From sequence record SRR20825019_1688: DNA of 36,200 bases; one strand, written 5' to 3'. Positions 24,401 to 34,691 of the stretch are shown here, piece by piece. A program made the position numbers and the translations under genes. Position 1 is the first letter of the stretch. Each line of letters opens with the position of its first letter. The notes under the pieces were generated by a model. It saw only the letters and a program-made list of their open reading frames with translations, was not told where the DNA came from and made no database searches.

Positions 24401-24599
24401 TTGACTTTGTCTCTTCGCGGGCTTCAGTTTTGAACTTCTTGCCACGATCCAGCCCCAACAACGGTGTCTCCTCTTGCTGGTGGGGGCTATATCCATATAT
24501 TTTCCCCTCTTCGTCTTCGTCTACAAACCCAACTCCCTCCCTCTGCGACAAGATTGCCGCACCCCCTCCCACAACAGCCGCTTCATGCGGCGAAGGCAT
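21499..24599 (-). CDS. Multi-pass membrane protein with alkaline-phosphatase-superfamily domain (PIG-G/PIG-O/NPP-like phosphotransferase or phosphodiesterase)
   Basis: One intron, 21834-21779. IVLDG, LPSMSVPNW, HFSNIDLQGH, ADHG, GGHGG, QNVDVVPTVAAFLGLPVP; TM clusters on both sides of the catalytic domain. Start placed at MPSPHE; the upstream in-frame start is a non-ATG codon. Confidence 0.8.
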
Positions 24600-24759
24600 G
24601 CTGAAGTCACCCAACTCGAATGATGATTGCTGAAGAAGACCTATATGAACGTATCCGATCCCAAGCAGTGGGCAGTCATGCTGCATACCACCATGCACAC
24701 CGTCTGGCCGTTGCACTACAGGCCCGCCATCCGACTGGTAAGTGGTTGTGAATGGTAGT

Positions 24760-25620
24760 CAGTCGCCCGGGCCGATGAGGAAGAGGCCACTGTCTCGTAG
24801 GCCTGGCCACGGCCCGGCTTGCCCGGCGGCCCGGCCGGCTACCGGCACCGGCCGTACTGGCGGCGCTCCCATCCAAGGGTGCTTGAATGGCGGAGCGCGC
24901 CGCCAAGTTGAAAACCCGGACCGTGCGCGGATCAGCCACTGGGGGCCGTGCTGAGCCGCGGCCAGCAGGAGCGAGGCGCGCACCATGATTGGGGACCGAA
25001 GCCCGGGGCGGGCGCCATGCGGCCTGGCCCTACGCCACCACTTGCACACGCCCTAACCCTCGCTGCGTATGATTGCTACATGTACAATAATCGAGGATGG
25101 CCCACATCGGTTGCAGTGCTACTCCGCGCCGGACACGAGGCCTCCCCGGACGGGGGCGGCCCGGTGCCGGGCCGCGCGATGCCGCACGGTCCGGTGCCGG
25201 ACTGGCCAACGAGGCCGGCACAGTCCGCCCCGCGCCCTGCGCGCGCCCTGCGCCCGCCCCGGCCCACGCCCCCCCGCGCCCGCCCGTCCCGCCCGGGGTC
25301 CAGTCGGCTGCCGCCCGCGCCCGTGAGTGGTCGCTCAGGCCGGACCCCCCCCCCCGGTGACCGGACAGCCCGGCCGCGCCGGGCCCGGGCCGCGCCGGCC
25401 GGGGGCCGCGCCGCCGGGGCCTCGGGCCCGGTGGCACGGCATGTTGGTTACGGTGGTGCCGCAATCCAAAGGCTGAAGGGCCGCGTGTCCTCAGCCGGCC
25501 CGGGCCCCAAAGCGAGCCAATGGCCACCAGTCAGTCAGCAGGGCGACGGCTGAGGGCGGGGGCACTGACTGAGGTAAGTCCGCCCGGCCTCACCGGTCTT
25601 GCTAGCAGTCGGCCAACTGT
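24760..25620. promoter_or_regulatory. GC-rich island between the divergent AP-family gene and the EEP-like gene
   Basis: Very GC-rich non-coding stretch between two 5' ends. Confidence 0.5.
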
Positions 25621-25735
25621 GGGGTACTCGGTGGGGATGCGGGCGATAGTTCTTCGCTATACTTATCAAGTAGCAGCAAGATTTCGCTTCGAACAGTGCC
25701 ATATCATATGAATAAGCCATAGGAAGTGTCTGGCA

Positions 25736-27415
25736 ATGGCTTTGCGTATACACGGTGTGGCTCTAGCAGTTTTGCTTCAGCTATCAGTATGCTATGTGCA
25801 GGGCATAGACCAGATATGCTCGTGGAATATCAACAAGGACTACCCGCAAATGTTGAGTGAGGCGGTTGAGCTAACCCCCGACTTTAGGACCGCTAAACAG
25901 CTCTTTGAATACTCTGGATTTCAGGCTTTTCAAAAGACTGCTGCATCAATAATGCGTCGTCGGGATGGAGAAGGTATATCCAGGCAGGCAAGGAAACTTC
26001 TTTCTCTCCGCAGTGACACCATTATGAAAAGATCTTTCAGCATGCTATTCAACATGTTGCAACATGACACTTATGAGTTTTATATGAGGAATGGAGCTTT
26101 TGCGGCGGCCAAGAAAAGCGAGGACGACGTTTGCCCACTCAAGGAGTTGGAAACTTGGCGTACCGAAGTGATCTATGAAACCCTACAGAAGTTGCAATGC
26201 ACTGATGAACCAGTCTTGCTGCAGGAAGTGCAGAGTACGAAGGAAAAGGTTAAGCCGCTAATGGATAAACTCAAGGGGCGCTCTTTTTGGGCGGAAGCAA
26301 AGGGGGGGGAATATGGGATGCTGACTTACCTTCCAAGTCTTGATTCAGGGGGGCGAGGACTGGAGCCGATACCACTTCAGAAGGTCGCTAATCTGTTCCC
26401 GGATATGGACGACCGAGAAGCGTCTCTGACATCAAGTCCAGAGGACACCAAAGCTTCAAGAATTGCTGATGTCGGTGGTGGTGCAGTCATGTATACCCTG
26501 ACACAGCACCAACCATCGAAGAAAAAGATTCTTTTGGTGAATGTCCGCTTGGGAAGTACCGAGTATGACCCTAAAGATATGACGACTCCTGAAGAACTTG
26601 AGCCTGTCGATGATGACTCGACAGCATCTGGGGAGACACCTGAGAAGGAGGATGACAAGGAAAGGGATAGCAGCCACAATCGGGACGGCAAAACTGGCGG
26701 AATTAGTATTTCTATGGGCCTGGAAGATAGAATTAGGGTTGTGGTCAAGCCGGCGGTAAGGAGGAATCAGGCAAGGCATCTGAAGCCGAAAGCAATTGAC
26801 AAAAACATTATAACGCAAATGAAGGAGGCTGTTGCGAAAGCGATGGAGCAAGGGGTAGATGGAGCAATCGTATGCGGTGATTTTGGGAATGATATATCAG
26901 GCATTGATATGAGGGATTTTACTTCATCTCGCTCGAAGGATGGCAAAATATCAAGATGGGAGGATGCAGCCGGGCTTACTCCAGCGCAAAGAAGCGCACG
27001 AAGGAGGTGGACTAACCTAAGGATAAGCTATTCAAAACCAAAATCTGTGCATTCAAGAGATTATCCCAGTGAACATATCCTGCCATTGGTTGGGACCGAT
27101 AGAAAATATCTGAAGTGGACAAGTATGACTATTGATAAGACTGTCGACACTCACTGCTACGTAGTTGAGAGTCTGTTGGAAGGAAAGTCACAATTTGGTG
27201 ATATCATAGAAATCGAGAAAGAGTCTTTCCAGCAATACAATCCAACTTGGTACTATATTAGGAATATCGATGGGGAGCCATTGGAGTATGCAAACCGCGA
27301 GGAACTAGAGATTTTACCGGTCAGCGGGCCACTGACCTGGTCTTCTTGGATGCAATGGTTGGGGTCATTTCCTTCAACCTCAGCCCTGGTCAGGTTCAAA
27401 TACAACATTATCTGA
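25736..27415 (+). CDS. Secreted 559-aa protein, probable degenerate endonuclease/exonuclease/phosphatase (EEP, DNase I-like) fold
   Basis: Intronless ORF with signal peptide. Ordered EEP-like motifs CSWNI, LLQEV, LVNVRL, IVCGDFG, YPSEH..P. AATAAA at 27480. The gene call is firm; the fold call is inferred. Confidence 0.65.
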   Translation: MALRIHGVALAVLLQLSVCYVQGIDQICSWNINKDYPQMLSEAVELTPDFRTAKQLFEYSGFQAFQKTAASIMRRRDGEGISRQARKLLSLRSDTIMKRSFSMLFNMLQHDTYEFYMRNGAFAAAKKSEDDVCPLKELETWRTEVIYETLQKLQCTDEPVLLQEVQSTKEKVKPLMDKLKGRSFWAEAKGGEYGMLTYLPSLDSGGRGLEPIPLQKVANLFPDMDDREASLTSSPEDTKASRIADVGGGAVMYTLTQHQPSKKKILLVNVRLGSTEYDPKDMTTPEELEPVDDDSTASGETPEKEDDKERDSSHNRDGKTGGISISMGLEDRIRVVVKPAVRRNQARHLKPKAIDKNIITQMKEAVAKAMEQGVDGAIVCGDFGNDISGIDMRDFTSSRSKDGKISRWEDAAGLTPAQRSARRRWTNLRISYSKPKSVHSRDYPSEHILPLVGTDRKYLKWTSMTIDKTVDTHCYVVESLLEGKSQFGDIIEIEKESFQQYNPTWYYIRNIDGEPLEYANREELEILPVSGPLTWSSWMQWLGSFPSTSALVRFKYNII

Positions 27416-27944
27416 GAATTTAATCGTATATAAACTATCCATTAGTTTCTATATATAAAGTTTTTCTAGAACTTTCCCAAATAAATTATTTCGAGATCGG
27501 GCACAAACCAAACTACTACTAACAGTGTTCACCCAATGCCTGAACGTAATTAGGCCGGTAATCAGTCTGCAAGGTCGTGTCATTGACTCCCTGTCCCACT
27601 TGCTATCTCATTTTCCAGTCCATCAACAGTCACTTAGGCCTCACTAGACCTCGCCAGTGTTTGAGAGCCTTCTCGATCGTTCGCACTAGAGATCTTTTCT
27701 GTTAACAAGCCAGTGAAGAAGTGATTGAGAGGTCTGGCAATGGAGGTGCCACTAGAGGTGTCTAGACGCGGGGTGTTGTTTTTTCACCCCTTGACAAAGT
27801 TGAGTCAGTGCCCCCTCAACACAGTCTTCCCTTCCAACTTCACATACTAGTATTTGATTCGTTCAATACAAAAATATTGTAAACATACATAAACTGTTGA
27901 TCACCGGTTCCAGTCTCAACCACCTAGAGTCCCTTTATTAGCGC

Positions 27945-29393
27945 ATGGCATTTGACAAAGTTTCCCTTGCAGCACCCGGGGGTGACGCCCCCTTATACAA
28001 CAATGCAAGCATATGGGACTTGGAGAACGCTGCAGAAGACTTCAGTCTTGCGTCAACCTCGTGCAATACTCTGAACGAGCAACTGCTATGTGAAAGCGAT
28101 GACGACGACAAGGAGTCTCCTATTAGGAAGCCGAAGTCCAAGACTTTACGTTCACCAACCAATGAGAATACCGCCCGGCCACTGTATGCGTACCTGATGC
28201 TGGCCGTCAGTTTGGTGTTCTATGGATCTGTCGGGCCACTGTTCAAGAGTATCTCCTCAGGCGCCATCATTCAAAAGGTGAGCACTTCAACAATGCCTTG
28301 GGAGCTAATTCTGCAATAGAAGAGACATGGACAGCGCGTAGAGCGCAGTACAACCTGTAACTACTGGTTGTTCGATGAGTGTGCCATCTTGCTAACTCCT
28401 TGTGCTTTCCAGATCTCGTGGCAATGCCAAATGCTACTTGCAGAAGCCGCCGCTTTATCAGTCCTGCTTGCCCTGTGGGGACTCATCAGGGCCCCTAAGG
28501 AAACCATCCGGCAGTTATCTTCGATGTTCTCCCTCCCCATCCTAGTAGTTGGATGCTCTGGTGCGCTATTTGCAGGCGCGGCAATTACTTGGTTCATAGC
28601 TATCGACATGACCACAGTCACGCACGCGTGCCTCTTGCATGAGGTTCACCCACTGGTGATGCTTGCTATGGGCAACCTACTCTATCTAGTCATGAAGTGC
28701 CTTTCATGCTGCAAGAAGCCCAAACATCAGCATCATGAGTACGTGTCCTTGGAACACCTGGAAAGCGCCGCCAAGATGACAAAACAGGAGGAATCCAAAC
28801 ATTCACTTTTCGAGAAGCCAACGCTCGTTCAGAACTTGTGCGCTATCGTTGGGTTCTGCTCTGTTCTTGGCATCGCTCTATGGCCCTCGAAGAAGCAAGA
28901 CAAGGACGCCACTCACGGAGTCAGCATCTCTGGAGACCTCATCGCATTCTCCGGTGCATTCTTCATGGTGTTATATCTCCTTACCGTGAAGTGGGCAGGC
29001 ACGCGCGTCAACGTTCCCGCCCTATGGACGGTCACTGCCCAGTATATTCCGTATGTTGCAATCACGCTGGTCCTTGACATCCTGGATATGAAGTCCAAGG
29101 GAGAAATTGTATCACTTGATGCTTTCAAGAACTACATGATATTCTACAATAGGGAAGCTATCCCGTCAATTCTCGTGTCTGCATCCCCTGCTGTCCTAGG
29201 ATTGGTGCTCATGAATGTGGCTATGAAGCATTTTCCAGCCCAGGTCGTATCTATTTGTCTTTTAAGTGAGCCCATCATCGCAACTCTCATTGGTGTATCG
29301 ATTGGTGTTGAGAGCATTCCAGGTATTCCAACTTTCATTTTTGGTGCCGTCCTTCTCCTTAGCACTGCAATTGTAATCGCATGGCGGTCATAA
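27945..29393 (+). CDS. EamA/DMT-superfamily membrane transporter
   Basis: Intron 28278-28412 joins the ORFs in frame. About 10 TM helices; AIDMTTVTHACLL, SGDLIAFSGAFFMVLY and LSEPIIATLIG motifs. AATAAA at 29493. Confidence 0.85.
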
Positions 29394-29526
29394 TGTCGAG
29401 CAACATGTTCATCCGGGGCCACACAGTCCAATCAAGATGGCAAATCACATTGTGCCCCATTGAGCTCTTGTTATTTCATCATAAGAGCGGTAAATAAAGA
29501 CGCATAAGTCCTCATTTCCAACTTTC

Positions 29527-30750
29527 TTATGCTGCGTTTTCACAGGGACAGGCGACGTTGAGATGATTGCAAACCACCATCTTAACACGGTCGCATATAT
29601 CACCTACCAACTTAAGAGAAAGGGTGGAGCTTGTTGGCATCAGCAGGCCAGATCTTCCAAGTATTTCTGTATTTGGTAACGACTTCGCTTCACCACAGAG
29701 CCCGAATCGAGCATACATTTCGTATGGCGGCATCGTGTGAAGAGGCTGGAAGAAGGGACGGGTGTCGATGTTGAGACGAGCAAGTTCATTCGCCACGGTC
29801 GAAGCAACCAATGGAGCGGGAAGCCACAAGCACGCCATCCATATTCCCTTTTTCGTAGACTCGTCGTGGGGAGGTCGTGGATTCACCCGCAACCCGCGCC
29901 AACCGTCCAGTGCATTTCCGTAGGCCTCAATTACTGCTAATCTTTGATTCAACAAGCTATCAAGCCTAAGCAGCTGACCAAGACCAACTGCCGCGGACAT
30001 ATTGGGCATGCGAGCATTCAGACCCACCATATTGTGCCAATACTTGCGATCTGGGACCATTCCATTCGATCTTAAGTGCCGCAGCTTCGATGCAGTGTCA
30101 GCATTCTCGCTAATCACCATTCCACCTTCGCCTGTCGAGATAGATTTGTTGGCGAAAAAAGAAAAGGTCGCCATCGCCCCTGAAGTACCAACGTAACGAT
30201 CTCCACATTTCTCACCAAGAGCCTCAGCGCAGTCTTCAATAATCAACACATCTCGACGCTCGCATATCTGAGAAATTGCATCCATGTCACATATGTTCCC
30301 GTACACGTGGACAGGAATGACCACTTTTGTCCTTGGCCCGATTGCTCTCTCCATAGCTGCTACTGACATCACCCCAAAGGAATCACAATCCACAAACACC
30401 GGCCGAAGACTAGCAGTCACTACTGCAGAGACGGTGGCAGCAAACGTGAAGGCAGGAACAATAACCTCTGACCCAGGGGGGAGATCTAGTGCCATCAAGG
30501 ACAGGCTTAACGCAACAGTTCCGTTAGAAACAGCAACCGCATGGAGATATCCAAACCGTTCACAAAACTTCTCCTCAAATCGAGAAACCATGTTTCCAGT
30601 TCCAGACAACATTGCTGTTTCAAGGCACTCCAAAACAAGTTTCTTTTCAACTTCGGACACATCACAACTCGATACAGGCACAAAATCGCCTAAAGGGGCA
30701 AGAGCATCTGGTATGGAAAGCGCCTCCTCGGAAGATGATATTGAGGACAT
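29527..30750 (-). CDS. DegT/DnrJ/EryC1/StrS PLP-dependent NDP-sugar aminotransferase (GDP-perosamine synthase-like); start approximate
   Basis: No introns in the conserved region. AVSNGTVAL, VIVPAFTFAAT, PVHVYG, IEDCAEALG, FSFFANKSISTGEGG (PLP-binding Lys), IDTRPFF.PLH. Confidence 0.92.
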   Translation of the reverse strand: MSSISSSEEALSIPDALAPLGDFVPVSSCDVSEVEKKLVLECLETAMLSGTGNMVSRFEEKFCERFGYLHAVAVSNGTVALSLSLMALDLPPGSEVIVPAFTFAATVSAVVTASLRPVFVDCDSFGVMSVAAMERAIGPRTKVVIPVHVYGNICDMDAISQICERRDVLIIEDCAEALGEKCGDRYVGTSGAMATFSFFANKSISTGEGGMVISENADTASKLRHLRSNGMVPDRKYWHNMVGLNARMPNMSAAVGLGQLLRLDSLLNQRLAVIEAYGNALDGWRGLRVNPRPPHDESTKKGIWMACLWLPAPLVASTVANELARLNIDTRPFFQPLHTMPPYEMYARFGLCGEAKSLPNTEILGRSGLLMPTSSTLSLKLVGDICDRVKMVVCNHLNVACPCENAA

Positions 30751-30949
30751 GTCAGCAGGGAAGTAAGCCAACCATCACCAGTGAGGCCCTAAGAAAATAT
30801 ACATTGGCGAATCTGCGTGATACCTGTATTCTTATGTCACATCCCCACGGCGTAGTCCACCCCCGCCATCCAAAAGACCGGGCTGTGTTGCGCTTGACTG
30901 ATGACTGAGCAAAGTTTTGCTTGAGTCCCAGCGTTTGGCGATGCAAGGG

Positions 30950-31800
30950 TGGCTCGCCCCGCCGCACCTACCGAGCTGGCATACCCGGCGGCGGGCGGGG
31001 GTGGCCGCCCTCGTCAGTATGGTTGTTGGGATGGCTGCTCTCCGGCCGGCCACAGCGTCTCGCCGCTGGGGCCGAGACGTGAGGCACACCGGTCGGGACC
31101 GGACTGATGACTGGGGGCCGGGCCCGACCGGGGCGGGGCCGGGCCCGACCGGGGCGGGGCCCGGGCCCCGCGATGCCGGACACCCCATCTGAGCCCACAG
31201 TTCCCAACCCCACAATTCTCTCGAGTTGGGAGCAACCGCACTTTTCCGTCATGATGAACAAGACTCGTCACTCGTGGCATCCTGCCACGCGCACAGCCGC
31301 GAGGACCGGCACTCGCCGGATCATCAGCGTTGCGGCGTCGACGCCCGGCCGCCGCGGCCGGCCTGCGGCCGGGGCGGGCGGGGCCCGCGGCTGCCACGCA
31401 CCAGGCGGGGCGGGGCCGCCCGGCCGGCCGCCCCGCCGCGCCGCTGGGGCCCGGGGCCGGGGGGGGGCGGCCGCGGACCGAGGCTCGCGGCCCGGTCGGA
31501 CGCGGCCCGGCCGCCAGGGCGGCCTGGGTCGGCGGGCCGGCGCCGGGCGGGGCGCGGCCAGACGGGGGGGGGCGCCCCGGCCACTGCCCCGGCCGGCTCC
31601 TGGCCCGGCCCCGGCCGACCGGTGGCGTGCGCAGCCGGGCGCCGTGAGCCGGGGCGCACGGGGGCGCGGCCGGGCCGGGCGCCGGGGCCGGCAGCGGCGG
31701 GCGCGGGGAAACTCGGACCGGGCCTACACCAGTGCGGGCCGGCTGACCGCGCAACGTCGCCTCCGACCGGATTCAAGTTGCTTCTGCGTTCACTCGGCCG
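30950..31800. promoter_or_regulatory. GC-rich island between the divergent aminotransferase and OSTC
   Basis: Very GC-rich non-coding stretch containing G-runs. Confidence 0.5.
31114..31168. repeat. Tandem 21-nt repeat, 2 full copies plus a partial copy
   Basis: ggggccgggcccgaccggggc at 31114-31134 and 31135-31155, followed by a partial third unit. Confidence 0.8.
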
Positions 31801-31918
31801 CTCCACAGCCTCTCAGGGCCTGCACGGAAATTGATCCTCAAGAGCTGTTGTCCAGGAGGGCGCTCTTCGCGTTATATAATTCTTTGGTGCGCTTGAGGGG
31901 AGGAAGAGAAGCTGAGTT

Positions 31919-32419
31919 ATGGTATTCGAGGGCCCGTTTCTTGCCGTAAGGATTCCTCCGCTTAGGTTGAAGGCTCCTCAGATCGAGCGCCCCCCGCGGA
32001 TGTAAGCCTCTGTGTGTGTGTGTTTCATGGGTGGTGTTTGACCAGATGACCGTTCTAGGCTTGTGTTCGCGTTGGTGTACTTGTCCTACTTCCTTGTGCT
32101 TTCAGGCATCATTTATGATATCATCATTGAGCCCCCTAGCATGGGTCAGCAGCAGGATCCCGTGACCGGCCAGGTGAAGCCCGTCACTTTCATGGCGTAC
32201 CGAATCAACGGCCAATACATTATTGAGGGGTTGGCTTCAGGGTTCCTTTATTCATTGGGAGGGTTGGGGCTGATCATGCTGGATATGTCCAACGATAAGG
32301 GTGTTTCAAGGAAGTTGCGATACATCTACCTTGCCGCTGGTGTTGCTTTTGCGGCTGCATCCTACAGCCTCATCACTCTTTTCCTTCGTATTAAGATGCC
32401 CAACTACATGCAGGTATAA
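31919..32419 (+). CDS. OSTC: Oligosaccharyltransferase complex subunit OSTC/DC2
   Basis: Intron 32002-32058. MVFEGPFLAVRIPPLRLK...SYFLVLSGIIYDIIIEPPSMG...RINGQYIIEGL...KMPNY. Confidence 0.93.
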
Positions 32420-32468
32420 ACTGGAAGGACTGTAAAGGGAGCAATTGAATCTAGTCTTGATTTGTGAA

Positions 32469-33728
32469 CTATTCGACCGATCTTTTTGCACTGTCACGTA
32501 GCTGCGGAGAGTATGCTAACAGCAAGGCGAATGACGCGAACAACTTCTGTAGGTAACACAGTATCCTTTCCTTGGTCAGATGTTTCCGAACAGATGCTCT
32601 TGCGCGCGCGGCGATCGTTTGGCACTGATTCTGTCGCTCATTGCACCATGCCACTTTCTCCTCTAGGTCGCTTAGATCCTCCTTGACAGGCACGTAGTGG
32701 TGGTACTTTTTCAGGAGCCTTGGGTACCAAAACTCAAAGAAGGGTGATTCCTGGCGGAAAACAGTGCTGTAGGAAGCAAGGAAGTGCTTCATTCGGCTGG
32801 CTATTCCGTTTCCGTCGACCACCAAGAGATATTTGTAATGCCAATGATCCTCCATGGTAAGCTTTGGCGAGAGAGGGACCTCGGATGACATTTCACCCGT
32901 GGTGAAGTTGTCGCTTTGCTTGTACGCCGTCAACCTTGCATCCACGACTGTGGAGTGCTTATACCTTGCCACAAACGACCCTCTTGGGTGCGACCTCCAG
33001 TTTCCATGAACGTATCGCCCTCCTGTAGTGCTTCCCCGCCACAGTAGTCGAGAAACCTTCCCTGACCACGCCGGCTCGTGGGCAAATTGCCCGGTCACAT
33101 CAGGACCTCCCCTTAGCCATCCTGTCAAATCGAAATACCAATCGGGAATCAAAACATCATTATGTGCTTGCGACCTTTGAATAGAAAATATTGGCCAAGA
33201 CTCCCACTTGAGCACCCGGGGTTCGTCCATACAATTCACGATGATCTCTACATTAGGAAATTTGCCCGCAACGTTCGCCTTAAGCATGGCCGAGACCATT
33301 TTTTCGATGGCTTTGCATTGTATTTCAAAAATTCGCTTGTAAGGCGAGTCGCTGTCCATACACTGAGCAAACCCCATATCACAACCAAAACACGGCATGC
33401 ATACCCATCTACCATGGGAGTAACGTAGAGTTGACCATCCAAGATTTGAAAAATCTTTGTGAAGGGGTGGATCCTAGACGCGTGATTCACTTCCTCTTGA
33501 CTAATTTGGGGCTGCGACCGGGATCAGCAAGGACAGGGACATCTACAAACAGCCGATCATTACCACATGTCCATTAATTGTCCATCGCCTTAACTCGACG
33601 CTAACTTGGTCGTCGAAGGAGGATGTTGCGTCACACGCATTTGTTTCAATAAAGCCCGCGGAACATGGCAACCACAAAGCCAGGGCTATAACAACAGGTG
33701 TGCAAAAAAAGTTTCTACTGCTTCCCAT
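32469..33728 (-). CDS. Glycosyltransferase family 90 (CAP10/POGLUT/KDELC-like)
   Basis: Introns 33563-33512 and 33404-33352. Signal peptide; NCMDEP, WRGSTTGG, YKYLLVVDGNGIASR, HYVPV..DLSDL. Confidence 0.9.
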
Positions 33729-33879
33729 TTACTGTCGGCACCGATGGCTTACTCAAGTATATTGAGTGTACAATATGATCACTTAATAATTAATTACTTT
33801 TAACAGTTGATATATACATATGGCTCCACAAACACCGTACTTATGTCGGGGAAGGAAGACGTACCAGTGGACTAGTACG

Positions 33880-34620
33880 GTTGGTTCCCAGCCCCACCGC
33901 CATTGGCGGGCGACTCCCGCTCCGCGGGGCGGCCGCCGCGGCCGGCGGGTGCGAGCACCGGCGGCGGTCCCAGTGACCTGACGTCGGATGCGATGGTCGG
34001 CCCGCCGACGGCGGAGACCAGAGTCCGGTCCGCGACCCCGACGCGAGGGCGCGGCCAGCCGGGCACGCCCGCAGCGCCGCACCGGCCCGGCCGCCTTCAC
34101 CGGCCGGGCCCGGCCGGACGACCGGACTCCCGGGCGCCACTGCCGACCGGGCTTTGCCTCCACGTCCGGCATGATGAGTGAAAGGACGGCGAGGCCGAGC
34201 GCGAACTAGGCTGGCCAGCGTAGCCCATTCCCGCGGTCCGGGAGCCAGCTCGCGCCTGAGCCGGAGCCGGAGGGCGGTTCCGCGGCTCCTCGGCTCCGGT
34301 GCATCCCGAGCCCGCAAGCGCGCGCCCGACTGACGGCGGCGTGCCGACCCTCCGGCTAGCCTGCAGGGGGGCCGCACTGCCATGGGAGGTGACTCCGGCA
34401 CTCACTCGGCTCACTGGCATCCGTCAGGCCACAGCAATGCTTTGGTGGCCGCTGTCTCCCAACTCACGCGGCGGCCAGCGCGGGCCGAACGTGCGTCGCT
34501 CTCCTCCGGGCACGACCGTGGGTCCGTCTCTTGAGTCGCGTCCTGCGCTCACCCTCGCTCACTGTCAACAACGTCCGGTCTGGCGATCGCACCATTCGTG
34601 AGGGACCGGCCCCCCCAGGG
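33880..34620. promoter_or_regulatory. GC-rich island upstream of GT90
   Basis: Very GC-rich non-coding stretch 5' of a minus-strand gene. Confidence 0.5.
34165..34265 (+). ncRNA. Candidate C/D-box snoRNA-like RNA
   Basis: TCCGGC-ATGATGA (34171-34177)...CTGA (34256-34259)-GCCGGA: C and D boxes closed by a perfect 6-bp terminal stem. No clear D'/C' boxes. Confidence 0.3.
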
Positions 34621-34691
34621 AGCAGTGCAAAATCCAATACACCCAAGCGCTACCCAAGATGGGCGAAGTCCAGTAGACTGTTCTGTTCTGC

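Noticed and set aside
34171-34265. U3 snoRNA interpretation (GAGCGCGAA resembles box B)
   Set aside because: There is no internal box C and no U3 5' domain (boxes A/A').
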